This document shows, in pieces, positions 9,122 through 20,125 of a stretch of 64,000 nucleotides of DNA. Each line of letters opens with the position of its first letter. Within the stretch, counting starts at the first letter, position 1. The translations under genes were made by a program, and so were the position numbers. The DNA lies in assembly GCA_002897895.1 (NCBI GenBank), contig BDSY01000106.1, positions 1,922-65,921 of the forward strand, read 5' to 3'. The notes under the pieces are model-generated. The model was not told where the DNA came from. It worked only from the letters and a program-made list of their open reading frames with translations, and did no database searches. This DNA comes from a bacterium BMS3Abin06 (GTDB lineage Bacteria; Nitrospirota; Thermodesulfovibrionia; UBA6902).

Positions 9122-9771
9122 AGCACAAAGTTTTTATAGTCGATGATCATCCCATTGTGCGCCAGGGGCTTGCGCAGCTCATTAACCAGGAAATTGATTT
9201 TACGGTTTGCGGAGATGCGGGAGATGTCCCTCAAGCGTTAAAGGCTGTTGCAGACTCTCATCCGGACATTGTCATAGTCGATATTTCTCTCGGTCACAGC
9301 AGTGGAATAAAACTCATAGAAGATCTCATTTCACGCTATCCGGACTTATTCATTCTGATTCTTTCCATGCACGAGGAATCCGTATATGCCGAGCGTTGTC
9401 TCGGGGCGGGAGCAAGAGGCTATATTATGAAACAGGAACCGCCGGAGAAAGTAATATCCGCGTTAAAAAAGATTATGAACGGAGAAATATTTATCAGTGA
9501 CAAATTGAGCATAAAACTTTTACATAAAATCGTAAACAAGAAATCCGGTGTTTACAGTTCTCCTATTGATAGCCTAAGCAACCGTGAACTGGAGGTGTTC
9601 AGGCTGATCGGCCAGGGGTTGAAAACACGAAAGATAGCGGAAGATTTAAATCTCAGCATTAAAACCATTGAAACCTATGTAGATCATATCAAGAAGAAAA
9701 TGAACTTCCAGGACTCCCGCAATTTATTCCTGCATGCGGTTCAATGGTTAATGAATGAAGATACAAAATAA
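9118..9771 (+). CDS. NarL/FixJ-family response regulator
   Basis: 217 aa. MKHKVFIVDDHPIVRQGL...D(54)ISL...LuxR HTH. Paralog of 6815-7471. Confidence 0.85.
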   Translation: MKHKVFIVDDHPIVRQGLAQLINQEIDFTVCGDAGDVPQALKAVADSHPDIVIVDISLGHSSGIKLIEDLISRYPDLFILILSMHEESVYAERCLGAGARGYIMKQEPPEKVISALKKIMNGEIFISDKLSIKLLHKIVNKKSGVYSSPIDSLSNRELEVFRLIGQGLKTRKIAEDLNLSIKTIETYVDHIKKKMNFQDSRNLFLHAVQWLMNEDTK

Positions 9772-9818
9772 TTATTCAGACTCCTTACATCTTACCTTTT
9801 TTACCGGAGTATAGAGAA

Positions 9819-9888
9819 AACCCCTATACGTGGTAAGGGTTTCCCTTTCAAAAAAAACATATTTTCCCCTCTATAAAGAATTTCCTGT
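9819..9888 (+). promoter_or_regulatory. conserved ~70-nt upstream element (cccctatacgtggtaagggtttcccttt-caaaaaaaacatattttcccctctataaaga), copy 1
   Basis: About 80% identical to 11740-11807. Both lie ~110-140 bp upstream of + strand regulatory genes (the rpoD-like gene and an MCP). Confidence 0.4.
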
Positions 9889-9962
9889 TAGTAGGATAAT
9901 ATGACGGTCTGAATATAAGAATTCTAAATACATAAATTTAAAATTATTTCAGGGAGGCCGCG

Positions 9963-10028
9963 ATGACAGCTATTGTTATGAGGCGCAGGGAAGCAATAAT
10001 GTCTGTAAAGGCTGAGGGGTGGACATGA
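9963..10028 (+). CDS. possible 21-aa upstream ORF ([21 protein letters not shown])
   Basis: RBS gggagg 5 nt upstream. Stop overlaps the rpoD-like ATG (ATGA). Confidence 0.2.
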   Translation: MTAIVMRRREAIMSVKAEGWT

Positions 10029-11551
10029 TTATGGAGAGCGCAAAGGCCCGCTCAAATACAAATTCCTCTTCAGACGACCCGATAAAAATGTATCTCAGGG
10101 ATATAGAATGCATCCCCCTTCTTACCAAACAAAGTGAAATAGATCTTGCCGTGAAAATAGAGGCCGGGAAAGAAAATATATCAAAGATTATTTTCACGGC
10201 TCCTTTCGTAATTAAGCACATATTAAAGCTCCCTCAACTGTTAAAGGGGGGAAAAGTTTCAATAAACAATACTTGCTCACCTGAAAAAGCCGGTGCGAGC
10301 CGGTTCCATGACCTGTCGGAAACAGAAAAAAAAGAGGTTTTGGAAGAGTTTTTAAAAACTGTCAGGTCATTAAAATATCTTATCCGGAAAAGGGATTCGT
10401 CTTTTGAATACCCAGCCAATAAAAGACTGAGCCGGAAAAATGCTGAAAAAAGAAATATCCGCTTAATAAAAAACAATAATAAAATAATTGATAAGATATC
10501 CGCTCTCCATCTAAAAGAAAAAATAATTGAAGGCTTCCTGTCTCAATTTAAAAAACTGGCAGCCTTATATGAAAATATATCCGGGGAGATAAGCAATATT
10601 CAGGAGAATGTAAAAATACCTCCTGCAAAATTAAGAAACAAAAACATATTACTTGATAAAGCGGATCAATTGGATAAAGAGCCGCATGAAATCAAAAAAC
10701 TCTATAGCAATTACAGGCGTCTCAGGAATGAAATGGCAATTATAGAGTCGGAGCTGGGGCTTAAAGGGATTGAAATAGAAAAAGCATTAAAGCTCATTCA
10801 GGAGAATGAGGAAGAAATCACTGAAGCAAAAAAAATGCTTACAGAAGCAAACCTGAGACTTGTGATCAGTATAGCAAGAAAACACATTGGCAGAGGGCTC
10901 AGCCTGACTGATCTTATTCAGGAAGGCAATATCGGACTGATGAGGGCTGTTGATAAATTCGACTATAAAAAAGGCTACAAATTCAGCACCTATGCGACCT
11001 GGTGGATACGGCAGGCAATCACACGGGCATTGGCGGACCAGGGAAGGACTATAAGGCTTCCCGTTCATATGATAGAGACCATAAACAGGCTGACACAGGT
11101 ATCCAAACACCTCGTTCAGGAACTTGGGAGAGAGCCACGGGCGGAAGAGATTGCAGGAAGGATGAATTTACCTTTAGAGAGAGTGCGGACAATTCTGAAG
11201 ATATGCAAGGAGCCAATCTCCCTGGAGACCCCCATAGGCAGCGATGAGGACAGTCACCTGGAAGACTTTATAGAGGATAAGGCATCACTTATTCCGCTGG
11301 ATGCAGTTATTCAGCAGGAACTGAAGGAGCAGGTAAAAAAAGTTATAAGTTCTCTTACGAATAAGGAAACAGAAATTATCAAAAGACGTTTTGGCCTTAC
11401 AGACAGCGTTTCACAAACGCTTGAAGAGGTAGGCAAACATTTTAAGGTCACACGGGAGAGAATAAGGCAATTAGAAGGAAAGGCACTGAGAAAGTTAAGG
11501 CATCCGGCAAAAAGTCAGTCGCTCAAACTTTTTCTGGAGAAACGTTTTTAA
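10025..11551 (+). CDS. RpoD-like sigma-70 factor (group 1/2), paralog A
   Basis: Region 2: [61 protein letters not shown]. Region 4 near the C-terminus ([24 protein letters not shown]). Region-1.2-like N-terminus ([10 protein letters not shown]). RBS gagggg precedes the ATG at 10025. Confidence 0.85.
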   Translation: MIMESAKARSNTNSSSDDPIKMYLRDIECIPLLTKQSEIDLAVKIEAGKENISKIIFTAPFVIKHILKLPQLLKGGKVSINNTCSPEKAGASRFHDLSETEKKEVLEEFLKTVRSLKYLIRKRDSSFEYPANKRLSRKNAEKRNIRLIKNNNKIIDKISALHLKEKIIEGFLSQFKKLAALYENISGEISNIQENVKIPPAKLRNKNILLDKADQLDKEPHEIKKLYSNYRRLRNEMAIIESELGLKGIEIEKALKLIQENEEEITEAKKMLTEANLRLVISIARKHIGRGLSLTDLIQEGNIGLMRAVDKFDYKKGYKFSTYATWWIRQAITRALADQGRTIRLPVHMIETINRLTQVSKHLVQELGREPRAEEIAGRMNLPLERVRTILKICKEPISLETPIGSDEDSHLEDFIEDKASLIPLDAVIQQELKEQVKKVISSLTNKETEIIKRRFGLTDSVSQTLEEVGKHFKVTRERIRQLEGKALRKLRHPAKSQSLKLFLEKRF

Positions 11552-11572
11552 TGATAAATACTGAACCGTCCA

Positions 11573-11719
11573 CAGGGTGCAGTTGTCAGGGTGCAGAAAA
11601 ACCGGGAGGCTGATAGTTTCCCGGATTCTTTAACCTTCGTCTCCCGCTCAACCTTGCTGCCTCTTTCCACACATATTTAAATCTTCAAATTCATCCTGCA
11701 CCCTGACAACTGTACCCTG
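11573..11719. repeat. MITE/REP-like element, copy 2
   Basis: Arms cagggtgcagttgtcagggtgcag and ctgcaccctgacaactgtaccctg. Lies 3' of the rpoD-like gene. Confidence 0.7.
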
Positions 11720-11739
11720 TCGCTTCCGGCACATACAGG

Positions 11740-11807
11740 AACCCCCTATGTCCGGTAATGTTTCCCCTTCTAAAAAAAACATATTTCCCCCTCTTTAGAA
11801 CACTTCC
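11740..11807 (+). promoter_or_regulatory. conserved upstream element with A8 tract, copy 2
   Basis: Sequence aaccccctatgtccggtaatgtttccccttctaaaaaaaacatatttccccctctttagaa. Lies ~110 bp upstream of the MCP at 11918. Confidence 0.4.
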
Positions 11808-11917
11808 CTATAATTCGATAAGAAGAACACGTGGCTATGAAGTTTCCCTGTTTTAGGGTGTCAAAAAACCGGATGTGATAAAAGCGGGAAATCAAGAAAA
11901 CAGCAAGGAGACAAAAC

Positions 11918-13126
11918 GTGACAAATGACTGGAAGACTTATTTGAAAATAATTGCAATTCTTACGCTGCTTACGGTTCCTTCTTTTATAGAGGAAAGCCT
12001 ATTCAGGATCATTATAAACGCACTCGTTTATTCCGCAGTTATTGCCGCAGCCTTTGTGTTTATAAAGAAGCATATTAAGAACATGCAACACAAATATGAA
12101 ACAGAACAAAAACAGTACCTCTCGGGGGTCGAGTCCTTGATAAAAGGCATGAAAGATACTCTTTTTGAAAAGTCACAACTCATCCCTGTTCTTGTCAATC
12201 AGCTGCAGGAAGTAACACAACAGACTGAGTCCGCAGCCATGGACATCGGCAGCCGCTTTATGAATATTGTTGAAAGGGCGAGAAATCAATCATCAGGGGC
12301 GTCAAGTGCTTTTTCCAGACTTGCCGGAGACGGTGGGGACAAAAATGAAACCCTGCTTGATCTTAGCAAAAAATCCCTCTCGGATGTAATAGAAAGCTTG
12401 CGGGGAGCCACCACAGTTACTAATCAGACCCTGAGTGACATGGAAATGATCATTGAAGCTACAGGGAGTGCAAAAACGATGGTTGATGAGATTGGATATA
12501 TTGCAGAGCAGACAAATCTTTTAGCGCTGAATGCAGCAATAGAGGCAGCGAGGGCAGGCGAGCATGGAAGGGGTTTTGCCATTGTTGCCGATGAAGTGAG
12601 AAAACTGTCGGACAGGTCAAACAAGGCAGCTGAGGAGATTCGCAAGCTCGTCACAGAAATTGAAACAGATACAAAAGAAATATACCGGAAGACAGAGAAG
12701 AGCGTTTCAGAAATCAATGATACTTCTACAGAGGCCGCGGCAGTGGTCGATGACACACTGAAAAAAATAGACGGGACAATAAATGGAGTAAAGACCCAGC
12801 TTGACGAACTTATGAGGGAAACCGAATCACTTGCAAAGGACATAAGCGATATAGTCATCTCAATGCAGTTCCAGGATATCACGAGACAGCGGATCGAACA
12901 TGTGATTGAACCGCTGCTTTCGTTTAAATCGGAGATTGAGAATATATTGCAGAACACAAAAAGTATGGGCGCTAAAATTCATGACCGGAACGGCAACGGA
13001 GGAGGGAACCGGCTTGAAGAAATGTACACAATGGAATCTGAAAGAAAGGTATTAAAAAACACATTATCAATAAATGACGAAATCAAGAATGAGCAGGAGT
13101 GTGAGATATGGGAAAAACAATCCTGA
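11918..13126 (+). CDS. short membrane-anchored methyl-accepting chemotaxis protein (2 TM, no periplasmic domain)
   Basis: GTG start after an AAGGAG RBS. Signalling motif [37 protein letters not shown]-terminal QFQDITRQ motif is shared with the MCP at 29201. Confidence 0.85.
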   Translation: MTNDWKTYLKIIAILTLLTVPSFIEESLFRIIINALVYSAVIAAAFVFIKKHIKNMQHKYETEQKQYLSGVESLIKGMKDTLFEKSQLIPVLVNQLQEVTQQTESAAMDIGSRFMNIVERARNQSSGASSAFSRLAGDGGDKNETLLDLSKKSLSDVIESLRGATTVTNQTLSDMEMIIEATGSAKTMVDEIGYIAEQTNLLALNAAIEAARAGEHGRGFAIVADEVRKLSDRSNKAAEEIRKLVTEIETDTKEIYRKTEKSVSEINDTSTEAAAVVDDTLKKIDGTINGVKTQLDELMRETESLAKDISDIVISMQFQDITRQRIEHVIEPLLSFKSEIENILQNTKSMGAKIHDRNGNGGGNRLEEMYTMESERKVLKNTLSINDEIKNEQECEIWEKQS

Positions 13127-13473
13127 TAGTCGATGACTCAGCCTCCATGAGGCAGCTCGTAACCTTTGCGCTGAAGGATGCAGGATACGATGTTATAGCA
13201 GCGGTCGATGGCAAGGATGCAATAGTTAAATTAAGCGGAACAAAAGCAGATATGGTAGTAACCGACCTGAATATGCCGAATATGGACGGGATTGAACTCA
13301 TAAAACAAATCCGGAGCACGGCGGCTTTCAAGTTTATACCTGTGGTAATGCTGACAACAGAATCCCAGGAATCCAGAAAACAGGAAGGCAAACAGGCCGG
13401 GGCAAGCGGATGGCTCGTGAAACCGTTTACGCCTGAAAAACTGATAGATGTCATAAAAAAGTTTGTACGATGA
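13108..13473 (+). CDS. cheY: CheY-like single-domain response regulator
   Basis: 121 aa. [12 protein letters not shown] in VVTDLNMP, T in MLTTES, K in LVKPF. Confidence 0.85.
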   Translation: MGKTILIVDDSASMRQLVTFALKDAGYDVIAAVDGKDAIVKLSGTKADMVVTDLNMPNMDGIELIKQIRSTAAFKFIPVVMLTTESQESRKQEGKQAGASGWLVKPFTPEKLIDVIKKFVR

Positions 13474-13492
13474 AAGGAGAATGGAGGAATTC

Positions 13493-13852
13493 ATGATCGA
13501 CTTTAAGATTGAACAATCGGATGACAAAAGGATACTGACCATCAACGGCGAACTGACCATACAAAATGCCGATGCACTGCAGGATATATTAATTCACTCA
13601 CTGGAATATGCAGAGCATCTGGTTCTGAATCTTGAAAATGTGACGGATGTGGATTTATCCGGCCTTCAGCTTCTCTTCTCAGCCTGCAAAACGACAATGG
13701 AATTAAAGAAAGATTTTACGCTGAACGGCAACTGTCCGGAAGTATTCAAAGAGGCTGCGAGGGATGCCGGTTACTCACTGCACACGGGCTGCGGATCAGG
13801 CTGCAATAAAATGTGTCTATGGATGGTCGGTGATGATGAGCAAAAAAATTAA
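13493..13852 (+). CDS. STAS-domain protein (anti-sigma-factor-antagonist fold)
   Basis: MIDFKIEQSDDKRILTINGELTIQNADALQD...VDLSGLQLLFSA. RBS ggagg lies 5 nt upstream of this ATG. Confidence 0.75.
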   Translation: MIDFKIEQSDDKRILTINGELTIQNADALQDILIHSLEYAEHLVLNLENVTDVDLSGLQLLFSACKTTMELKKDFTLNGNCPEVFKEAARDAGYSLHTGCGSGCNKMCLWMVGDDEQKN

Positions 13853-13912
13853 ATTAACGGTAATTACAAATTTTTCATTGAAAAAGCATCGACAGGTTAT
13901 ACAGAAGCCATA

Positions 13913-16108
13913 ATGTCAAAAACAGACCAGCACAGGGATGCATACAAAGAAGAAGCCTACGAGCTGCTTGCAGAGCTTGAGACCTCTCTGCTTGAATTAG
14001 AGGAAAGTCCGGATGATCCGGAACTTATCGGGAGTATCTTCAGGGCGCTGCATACAATCAAGGGCTCAGGCGCCATGTTCGGTTTTGATGATATAGCTGC
14101 ATTTACGCATGAGGTGGAAACAGTATTCGACATGGTGCGCAATGGAGAAATGTCCGTCACAAAAGAACTCATAGACCTTACCCTCTCTGCCCGTGATCAT
14201 ATCAAAGCAATACTTGATAATCCGGATTCAATAGACAAACAAAAAGCCGGGGAGCTAATTGCCTCCTTTAAAAAGCTGTCCCCCGACACAAAAGAGCAAG
14301 AAGAAGTCAACCCCTGCTCCCCGGCTTCCCCCCCTCATGAGAATAATCCGGAGTCTGAACATCAGGAGAGAAACATAACTTATCGAATTCGATTTCGCCC
14401 TCCACCCGATATCTTCACAAAGGGAATAAATCCCGTTCTTTTAATAAATGAACTATCCACTCTCGGGGACTGCAGGATTGCGGCGCAGACAGATGCCATC
14501 CCTCAGTTAAATGATATTAATCCTGAACTCTGCTACACATACTGGGATGTAATTCTGACCACCGGCCAGGGGATAAATGCAATTAAAGATATTTTCATCT
14601 TTATTGAAGATGACTGTGGGCTGGATATTGATGCCATTGATGACGGCAAAAATCCCGATGAAGAATCCGGATATATGAAACTGAGAGAGGTGCTTGTTGA
14701 CAGAGGATACATAACCCGGGATGATTTTCAAAAAATAACAGGCACACATAAACGCATCGGTGAAATTCTTGTTGAACGCGGTGATATAAGACAGGAGGAC
14801 CTTCAGAAGATTCTTGTTGAACAGAAACCTGTCGGAGAGATGCTGATTGATGCCGGACTGGTTGACACGGGAAAAGTGGAATCCGCGCTGACCGAGCAGC
14901 AGCATGTCAGTAATGTGCGGCGGAAACAGCAGAAAACAGACCCTGTATCAAGCATCCGCGTATCATCCGACAAACTCGACAGATTAGTAGACCTGGTCGG
15001 GGAGCTGGTAACTGTACAGGCCCGGCTAACACAGACAACAGCTACTGTAAACGATCCGGAGCTGCTCCTGATTGCAGAGGAAGTGGAACGGCTGACCAAC
15101 GAGCTTCGGGACAATACAATGAGCGTCCGCATGGTTACTATCGGGGCCATGTTCAGCAAGTTCAAACGTCTGGTTCGGGACCTCTCGGGTGAATTGGGCA
15201 AAGAGGTTGAAATGTCCACGGAAGGGGCCGAGACCGAGCTGGATAAAACAGTAATAGACAAACTCAATGATCCGCTGGTTCATCTGATCAGGAACAGCAT
15301 AGACCATGGCATTGAAGCTCCTGATGTCCGTAAGGCTTCAGGGAAGCCCGGGCAGGGAATAGTTCATCTCTCAGCCAGGCACTCGGGAGCCAATGTATTA
15401 ATAGAAATAATGGATGACGGCGCGGGTCTCAACCCTGAGGCCATACGCGCCAAGGCCGTGGAAAAAGGCCTGATAGAGCCTGATGCTGAACTCTCTGAAA
15501 GAGATGCATTCGCGCTTATCCTTGCACCCGGGTTTTCCACTGCCGGCAAAATAACCGGGGTATCGGGCCGCGGGGTGGGCATGGATGTGGTAAAGCGCAG
15601 CATCGATGCGCTCCGGGGTTCAATAGATATAAGCAGTGAAAGAGGTATCGGCACAACAATAAGCCTGAAACTGCCGCTTACACTGGCTATTATTGACGGC
15701 CTTCTGGTGAAGATAGGGCAGGACTTTTTTGTCTTGCCGCTTTCATTGGTAGAGGAATGTGTGGAATTGACAAGAGAGGATGTGGCAAGCGCCCACGGCC
15801 GCCAGATAGCAAATGTAAGGGGTGAGATAGTTCCGTACATCAGCCTGCGGGAACAGTTCATGATAAACGGGGGCACACCTGAAATTGAACAGATTGTGAT
15901 TACGGGTATAGACAGCCACAGAGTCGGTTTTGTGGTTGACCATGTAATAGGCGAGCACCAGACAGTAATCAAGACACTCGGCAGGGTTTACAGGGACGTG
16001 GAAGGAGTCACCGGGGCAACCATACTCGGTGACGGCACGGTAGCGCTTATACTGGATGTCCCGAAGCTTGTACAGAATGTGGAGAAAGAGGAGTTGGTCG
16101 GGAATTAG
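13913..16108 (+). CDS. cheA: chemotaxis histidine kinase CheA
   Basis: 731 aa. Hpt FRALHTIKGSGAMFGF. HATPase HLIRNSIDHGIE, DDGAGL, GRGVGMDVV. C-terminal CheW-like domain. Confidence 0.9.
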   Translation: MSKTDQHRDAYKEEAYELLAELETSLLELEESPDDPELIGSIFRALHTIKGSGAMFGFDDIAAFTHEVETVFDMVRNGEMSVTKELIDLTLSARDHIKAILDNPDSIDKQKAGELIASFKKLSPDTKEQEEVNPCSPASPPHENNPESEHQERNITYRIRFRPPPDIFTKGINPVLLINELSTLGDCRIAAQTDAIPQLNDINPELCYTYWDVILTTGQGINAIKDIFIFIEDDCGLDIDAIDDGKNPDEESGYMKLREVLVDRGYITRDDFQKITGTHKRIGEILVERGDIRQEDLQKILVEQKPVGEMLIDAGLVDTGKVESALTEQQHVSNVRRKQQKTDPVSSIRVSSDKLDRLVDLVGELVTVQARLTQTTATVNDPELLLIAEEVERLTNELRDNTMSVRMVTIGAMFSKFKRLVRDLSGELGKEVEMSTEGAETELDKTVIDKLNDPLVHLIRNSIDHGIEAPDVRKASGKPGQGIVHLSARHSGANVLIEIMDDGAGLNPEAIRAKAVEKGLIEPDAELSERDAFALILAPGFSTAGKITGVSGRGVGMDVVKRSIDALRGSIDISSERGIGTTISLKLPLTLAIIDGLLVKIGQDFFVLPLSLVEECVELTREDVASAHGRQIANVRGEIVPYISLREQFMINGGTPEIEQIVITGIDSHRVGFVVDHVIGEHQTVIKTLGRVYRDVEGVTGATILGDGTVALILDVPKLVQNVEKEELVGN

Positions 16109-16276
16109 GAATTATCAGAAAAAATAGCCGGTATTGCCGCAGACCCGGGCAATGGCGGATCAGATAGAGAGTGAGAAATATTAATTTCGTTATTCGTAAC
16201 CGTTCAGCGTGTCCGTGAAAAAAGACGGATTACGGATAGCGGACACGGACCACGATTAAATTAAGGAGGTCAAAAA

Positions 16277-18526
16277 ATGAAATGGAAGGATCTTAAGATC
16301 GGGAAAAAACTGGCAATAGGTTTCGGGAGCCTGCTTCTTTTGATAGCAATCGCAAGCCTTGTGGGGTTTAACGGAATCCAGAAAGTAGGCCACGACCTTT
16401 TTGTTGTAGGTGAGAAGGAATCTCCTGTGGTTGAAATGGCCAATCGGATGAAAATAGCGCTCATGATGGCAAGAGATGCAATGTCTGAATTCAAAAGCGC
16501 CACTTCCGCGATCGCCACAGACAATGAGGCAAGTCTTGAGGGCATAGTTCAGAACTACAATCAATCGGTGGCTGATTTTGACCGGTTCACAGGGGCTGTT
16601 CTGGAAGGCGCCAGGCTTAAAGACGGAACAACGGTTATTAAAACAGATAATGAAAAACTGGCAGAGACAATCAGCCAGGCAGAGGAACTGCACGAAGAAA
16701 AGTTTCAGGCTGCTGCAACTGAGATGATGCTGGCCGGCAGGGAGCTTTTGAAGAAAAAGGCGGAAAGCGATAATGCCATTAGTGAAATGGATAAAATTTT
16801 TAATGAAGTATACAATGACGCAGGCTCTGTAGAGGAAATAATCTCTTCCGACATAGATAAAAAGGCAAAACAGGCCAATATCGGGAGTAAAGCCAGGGCC
16901 ATCCTGCGTGAAGAAGTCCCCCTCGCTGATATGGCAAACGAGATCAAAATCATTATGGGACAAACCCGTCTTACGCTGGAGGAATATGTTCAGACACGTG
17001 ATTTGAAGGACCTGGATAAGATAGAAGAAAAGTATGGGGAGTGGGTATCGCAATTCGATAAAATTGTATCGGCAATCCTTGACGGCAGCACCGTGGACGG
17101 TAAAAAAATCATTGCCACCGGCAATAAAGCCGTCCGGGATGCAGTCAAGGAACTGGATGGAAACCACCTTGATTTTCAAAAAAAGGCTGCCACCCTGATG
17201 GCAGCCCACCGCCTGGTTATTGAAAAAGCCGGCAAAAGCGCTGAGGCAATGAATAATCTCGAGAGGATTGGTGAAGAAGCAGCCTCCTTGCTCACCAAGG
17301 TTGAAGAACTTGCAGGCGAGCAGATGTCCGGAGCCATAAAAAGCGGCGCTGCTTCCAAAAAGAGCGCTGTGGCCATGCTCCTCGGGGTAGCGTCTTTATC
17401 CATCCTGCTTGGTGTATTTCTGGGAATAGTTATTACAAGGGGGATCACCGGTCCGCTTTCTGAAGGGGTCGACTTTGCAAAGGCCATAGCAGAAGGCGAC
17501 CTTTCCGCTGATATAGATATAAACCGGAAGGATGAGGTCGGTATCCTGACAAATGCATTGAAAGAGATGGCATCGAAACTAAGAAATATTGTCGGAGATA
17601 TAAAGTCTGCCGCGGACAATGTATCATCCGGGAGCCAGGAGCTGAGCGCCACTTCCGAGCAGATGTCGCAGGGCGCAACAGAGCAGGCAGCCTCGGCAGA
17701 GGAGGCATCGTCATCAATGGAGCAGATGGCCGCCAACATCAGGCAGAACTCGGACAATGCCCAGCAGACCGACAAGATCGCCGGCAAATCCGCTGCAGAC
17801 GCTAAGGAAGGCGGCGAAGCGGTCTCAGAGGCAGTGACAGCCATGAAAGAGATTGCCGGCAAGATTTCAATTATCGAAGAAATAGCAAGACAGACAAACC
17901 TCCTGGCCTTAAACGCAGCCATTGAGGCGGCAAGGGCAGGCGAGCACGGCAAAGGCTTTGCAGTAGTGGCTGCCGAGGTCCGCAAGCTTGCAGAGCGCAG
18001 CCAGGCAGCGGCAGCCGAGATCAGCGACCTGTCTTCCTCCAGTGTGGAGGTTGCTGAAAAGGCAGGTGAAATGCTGAAAAAGCTCGTGCCCGACATACAG
18101 AAGACAGCGGAGCTTGTGCAGGAGATAAATGCTGCAAGCAATGAGCAGAACACAGGGGCCGAACAGATCAATAAGGCCATACAGCAGTTAGACCAGGTGA
18201 TCCAGCAGAATGCCGGGGCTTCCGAAGAGATGTCCTCAACAGCGGAAGAGCTTTCCTCCCAGGCGGAACAGCTCCAGGACACAATAGCCTTCTTTAAAGT
18301 CGGAGACAGCGGCAGCGGGATGAAGAGGCACAAGATAATCACTGGAAAGAGGACGGCTCCAATAGCAGCGCAGCAATTAAAGGTTGCGCATATTGCGCAT
18401 GGAGAAGCAAAAACACATCAGGCCATTTCAAATGAAACAGCAGAAACTGCAAAACCTTCAGGAGTTGCCATAGAGATGGATAATGACGGCGGCAATGGAA
18501 CAGATGAGGAGTTTGAGAAATATTAA
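16277..18526 (+). CDS. methyl-accepting chemotaxis protein with large helical periplasmic domain + HAMP
   Basis: 749 aa. TM1 near the N-terminus, ~330-aa periplasmic region, TM2, then signalling motif [36 protein letters not shown]. Confidence 0.9.
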   Translation: MKWKDLKIGKKLAIGFGSLLLLIAIASLVGFNGIQKVGHDLFVVGEKESPVVEMANRMKIALMMARDAMSEFKSATSAIATDNEASLEGIVQNYNQSVADFDRFTGAVLEGARLKDGTTVIKTDNEKLAETISQAEELHEEKFQAAATEMMLAGRELLKKKAESDNAISEMDKIFNEVYNDAGSVEEIISSDIDKKAKQANIGSKARAILREEVPLADMANEIKIIMGQTRLTLEEYVQTRDLKDLDKIEEKYGEWVSQFDKIVSAILDGSTVDGKKIIATGNKAVRDAVKELDGNHLDFQKKAATLMAAHRLVIEKAGKSAEAMNNLERIGEEAASLLTKVEELAGEQMSGAIKSGAASKKSAVAMLLGVASLSILLGVFLGIVITRGITGPLSEGVDFAKAIAEGDLSADIDINRKDEVGILTNALKEMASKLRNIVGDIKSAADNVSSGSQELSATSEQMSQGATEQAASAEEASSSMEQMAANIRQNSDNAQQTDKIAGKSAADAKEGGEAVSEAVTAMKEIAGKISIIEEIARQTNLLALNAAIEAARAGEHGKGFAVVAAEVRKLAERSQAAAAEISDLSSSSVEVAEKAGEMLKKLVPDIQKTAELVQEINAASNEQNTGAEQINKAIQQLDQVIQQNAGASEEMSSTAEELSSQAEQLQDTIAFFKVGDSGSGMKRHKIITGKRTAPIAAQQLKVAHIAHGEAKTHQAISNETAETAKPSGVAIEMDNDGGNGTDEEFEKY

Positions 18527-18624
18527 AAAAGCTTTCAGCAATCGGCAATCAGCCTTCAGCACGGAAAAATGCAGGGCTGAAGGCTGAAAGCTAATCGCTA
18601 ATCGCTTTTTCAAAGGAGGTAAAA

Positions 18625-19185
18625 ATGACCATAGCAGAAATAACAGAGGCAACCCAGCATCTGACATTCAAGTTAGATGAAGAAATATTCGCTCTTGATA
18701 TCTCCAAGGTCAGGGAGGTGCTTGAGTTCACGACTGTGACAAAGGTGCCGCAAACGCCCGATTTCATGTGTGGGGTGATTAATCTCAGAGGCGGTGTGGT
18801 TCCGGTAGTTGACCTAAGATTGAAATTCGGGATGCCGGTGGCGGAGAAGACGGTCAACACCTGCATCATCATTGTGGAAGTATCGTTAGACGGAGAGACC
18901 ACGGTACTCGGCGCGCTGGCGGATTCCGTGCAGGAGGTGCTTGAACTTGAGCCTGACCAGATAGAGCCTGCGCCGAAAATCGGAACAAGATTGAAGACCG
19001 ACTTTATAAAGGGCATGGGGAAACGCGATGACCAGTTCATCATGATCCTGGATATTGACAAGGTCTTCTCCTCGGATGAGCTGGCTATTGTTCAGGATGC
19101 AGGCGGTTATGCGACTGCGGAAGAAGCAGAAACTGAAGCGGGGAGACGGGGAGACGGAGAAACAGGGATTTCACGACGGGTTTAA
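18625..19185 (+). CDS. cheW: CheW coupling protein
   Basis: 186 aa. FALDISKVREVLEF...GVINLRGGVVPVVDLR. Confidence 0.9.
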   Translation: MTIAEITEATQHLTFKLDEEIFALDISKVREVLEFTTVTKVPQTPDFMCGVINLRGGVVPVVDLRLKFGMPVAEKTVNTCIIIVEVSLDGETTVLGALADSVQEVLELEPDQIEPAPKIGTRLKTDFIKGMGKRDDQFIMILDIDKVFSSDELAIVQDAGGYATAEEAETEAGRRGDGETGISRRV

Positions 19186-19240
19186 TTTTGTAGATTGAAC
19201 CCGCAAAAGGCTGAGAGCTGACAACCGAGTGCTGATTATT

Positions 19241-20125
19241 ATGCCGAAGCTAATAAATGACAACAGCTATATGAATACGTTTAAGGCAGCTCTGTCCGAA
19301 AAGGATTTTAAACGCTTAAGCAAGTTCATACACTCTGAATGCGGCATCAAGATGCCTGATTCCAAAAAGACAATGCTTGAGTCACGACTTCAGAAGAGGC
19401 TGCGCCGTCTGAGACTGACATCATTCACTGAATACTGTGATTATCTGTTCAGCCCGCAAGGGATTGAGAATGAACTTGTTCATATGATCGATGTGGTAAC
19501 CACCAACAAGACCGATTTTTTCAGGGAGCCGGGGCATTTTGATTACCTGGCCCAGAAGGCATTGCCGGAATTAATTGCTTTGCACGGAGCAGGCATCAGA
19601 AAGAATCTCATGGTATGGAGCGCCGGGTGTTCCACAGGAGAGGAGCCGTACACACTGGCAATCGTCCTGAGTGAGTTTACAGAGAGATGCCCCGGATTTA
19701 AATTCAGGTATTTAATTCTTGCCACGGATATATCAACAGAAGTTCTTGAAAAGGCAAAACACGGAATTTATGAACATGAGAGAGTGGATCCGCTCCCCCC
19801 GGGCATGAAAAAGAAATACCTCCTGAAGGGTAAAAACAAAAGCAGCGGGCTTGTGCGCATAGTGCCTGAACTGAGATCCAAAGTAAGATTTAGAAGACTG
19901 AACTTCCTGGAGGGAGACTTCGGCATGCGCGAACATATGGATATCATATTCTGCCGCAATGTCATTATCTATTTTGACAGGCCTACACAGGAGAAGCTGT
20001 TAATCAGGTTTTGCCGCCACCTGGGTCCCGGGGGATATATATTTATGGGACACTCCGAGACCCTGCACGGCATGAATCTGCCGCTGGCACAGGTTGCGCC
20101 GACAATTTACAGGAAACAGCAATGA
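19241..20125 (+). CDS. cheR: CheR chemotaxis methyltransferase
   Basis: Motifs FFREPGHF and VWSAGCSTGEEPYTLAIVL. The ATG at 19241 is preferred over the upstream GTG. Confidence 0.85.
   Translation: MPKLINDNSYMNTFKAALSEKDFKRLSKFIHSECGIKMPDSKKTMLESRLQKRLRRLRLTSFTEYCDYLFSPQGIENELVHMIDVVTTNKTDFFREPGHFDYLAQKALPELIALHGAGIRKNLMVWSAGCSTGEEPYTLAIVLSEFTERCPGFKFRYLILATDISTEVLEKAKHGIYEHERVDPLPPGMKKKYLLKGKNKSSGLVRIVPELRSKVRFRRLNFLEGDFGMREHMDIIFCRNVIIYFDRPTQEKLLIRFCRHLGPGGYIFMGHSETLHGMNLPLAQVAPTIYRKQQ

Noticed and set aside
17176-18342. 388-aa antisense ORF across the MCP gene (and similar ones at 12424-12957, 8198-8719 and 14803-15267)
   Set aside because: Lies entirely antisense to well-supported genes. 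Composition is Ala/Ser-rich and low-complexity, typical of the reverse frame of MCP/kinase genes. No RBS or motif.
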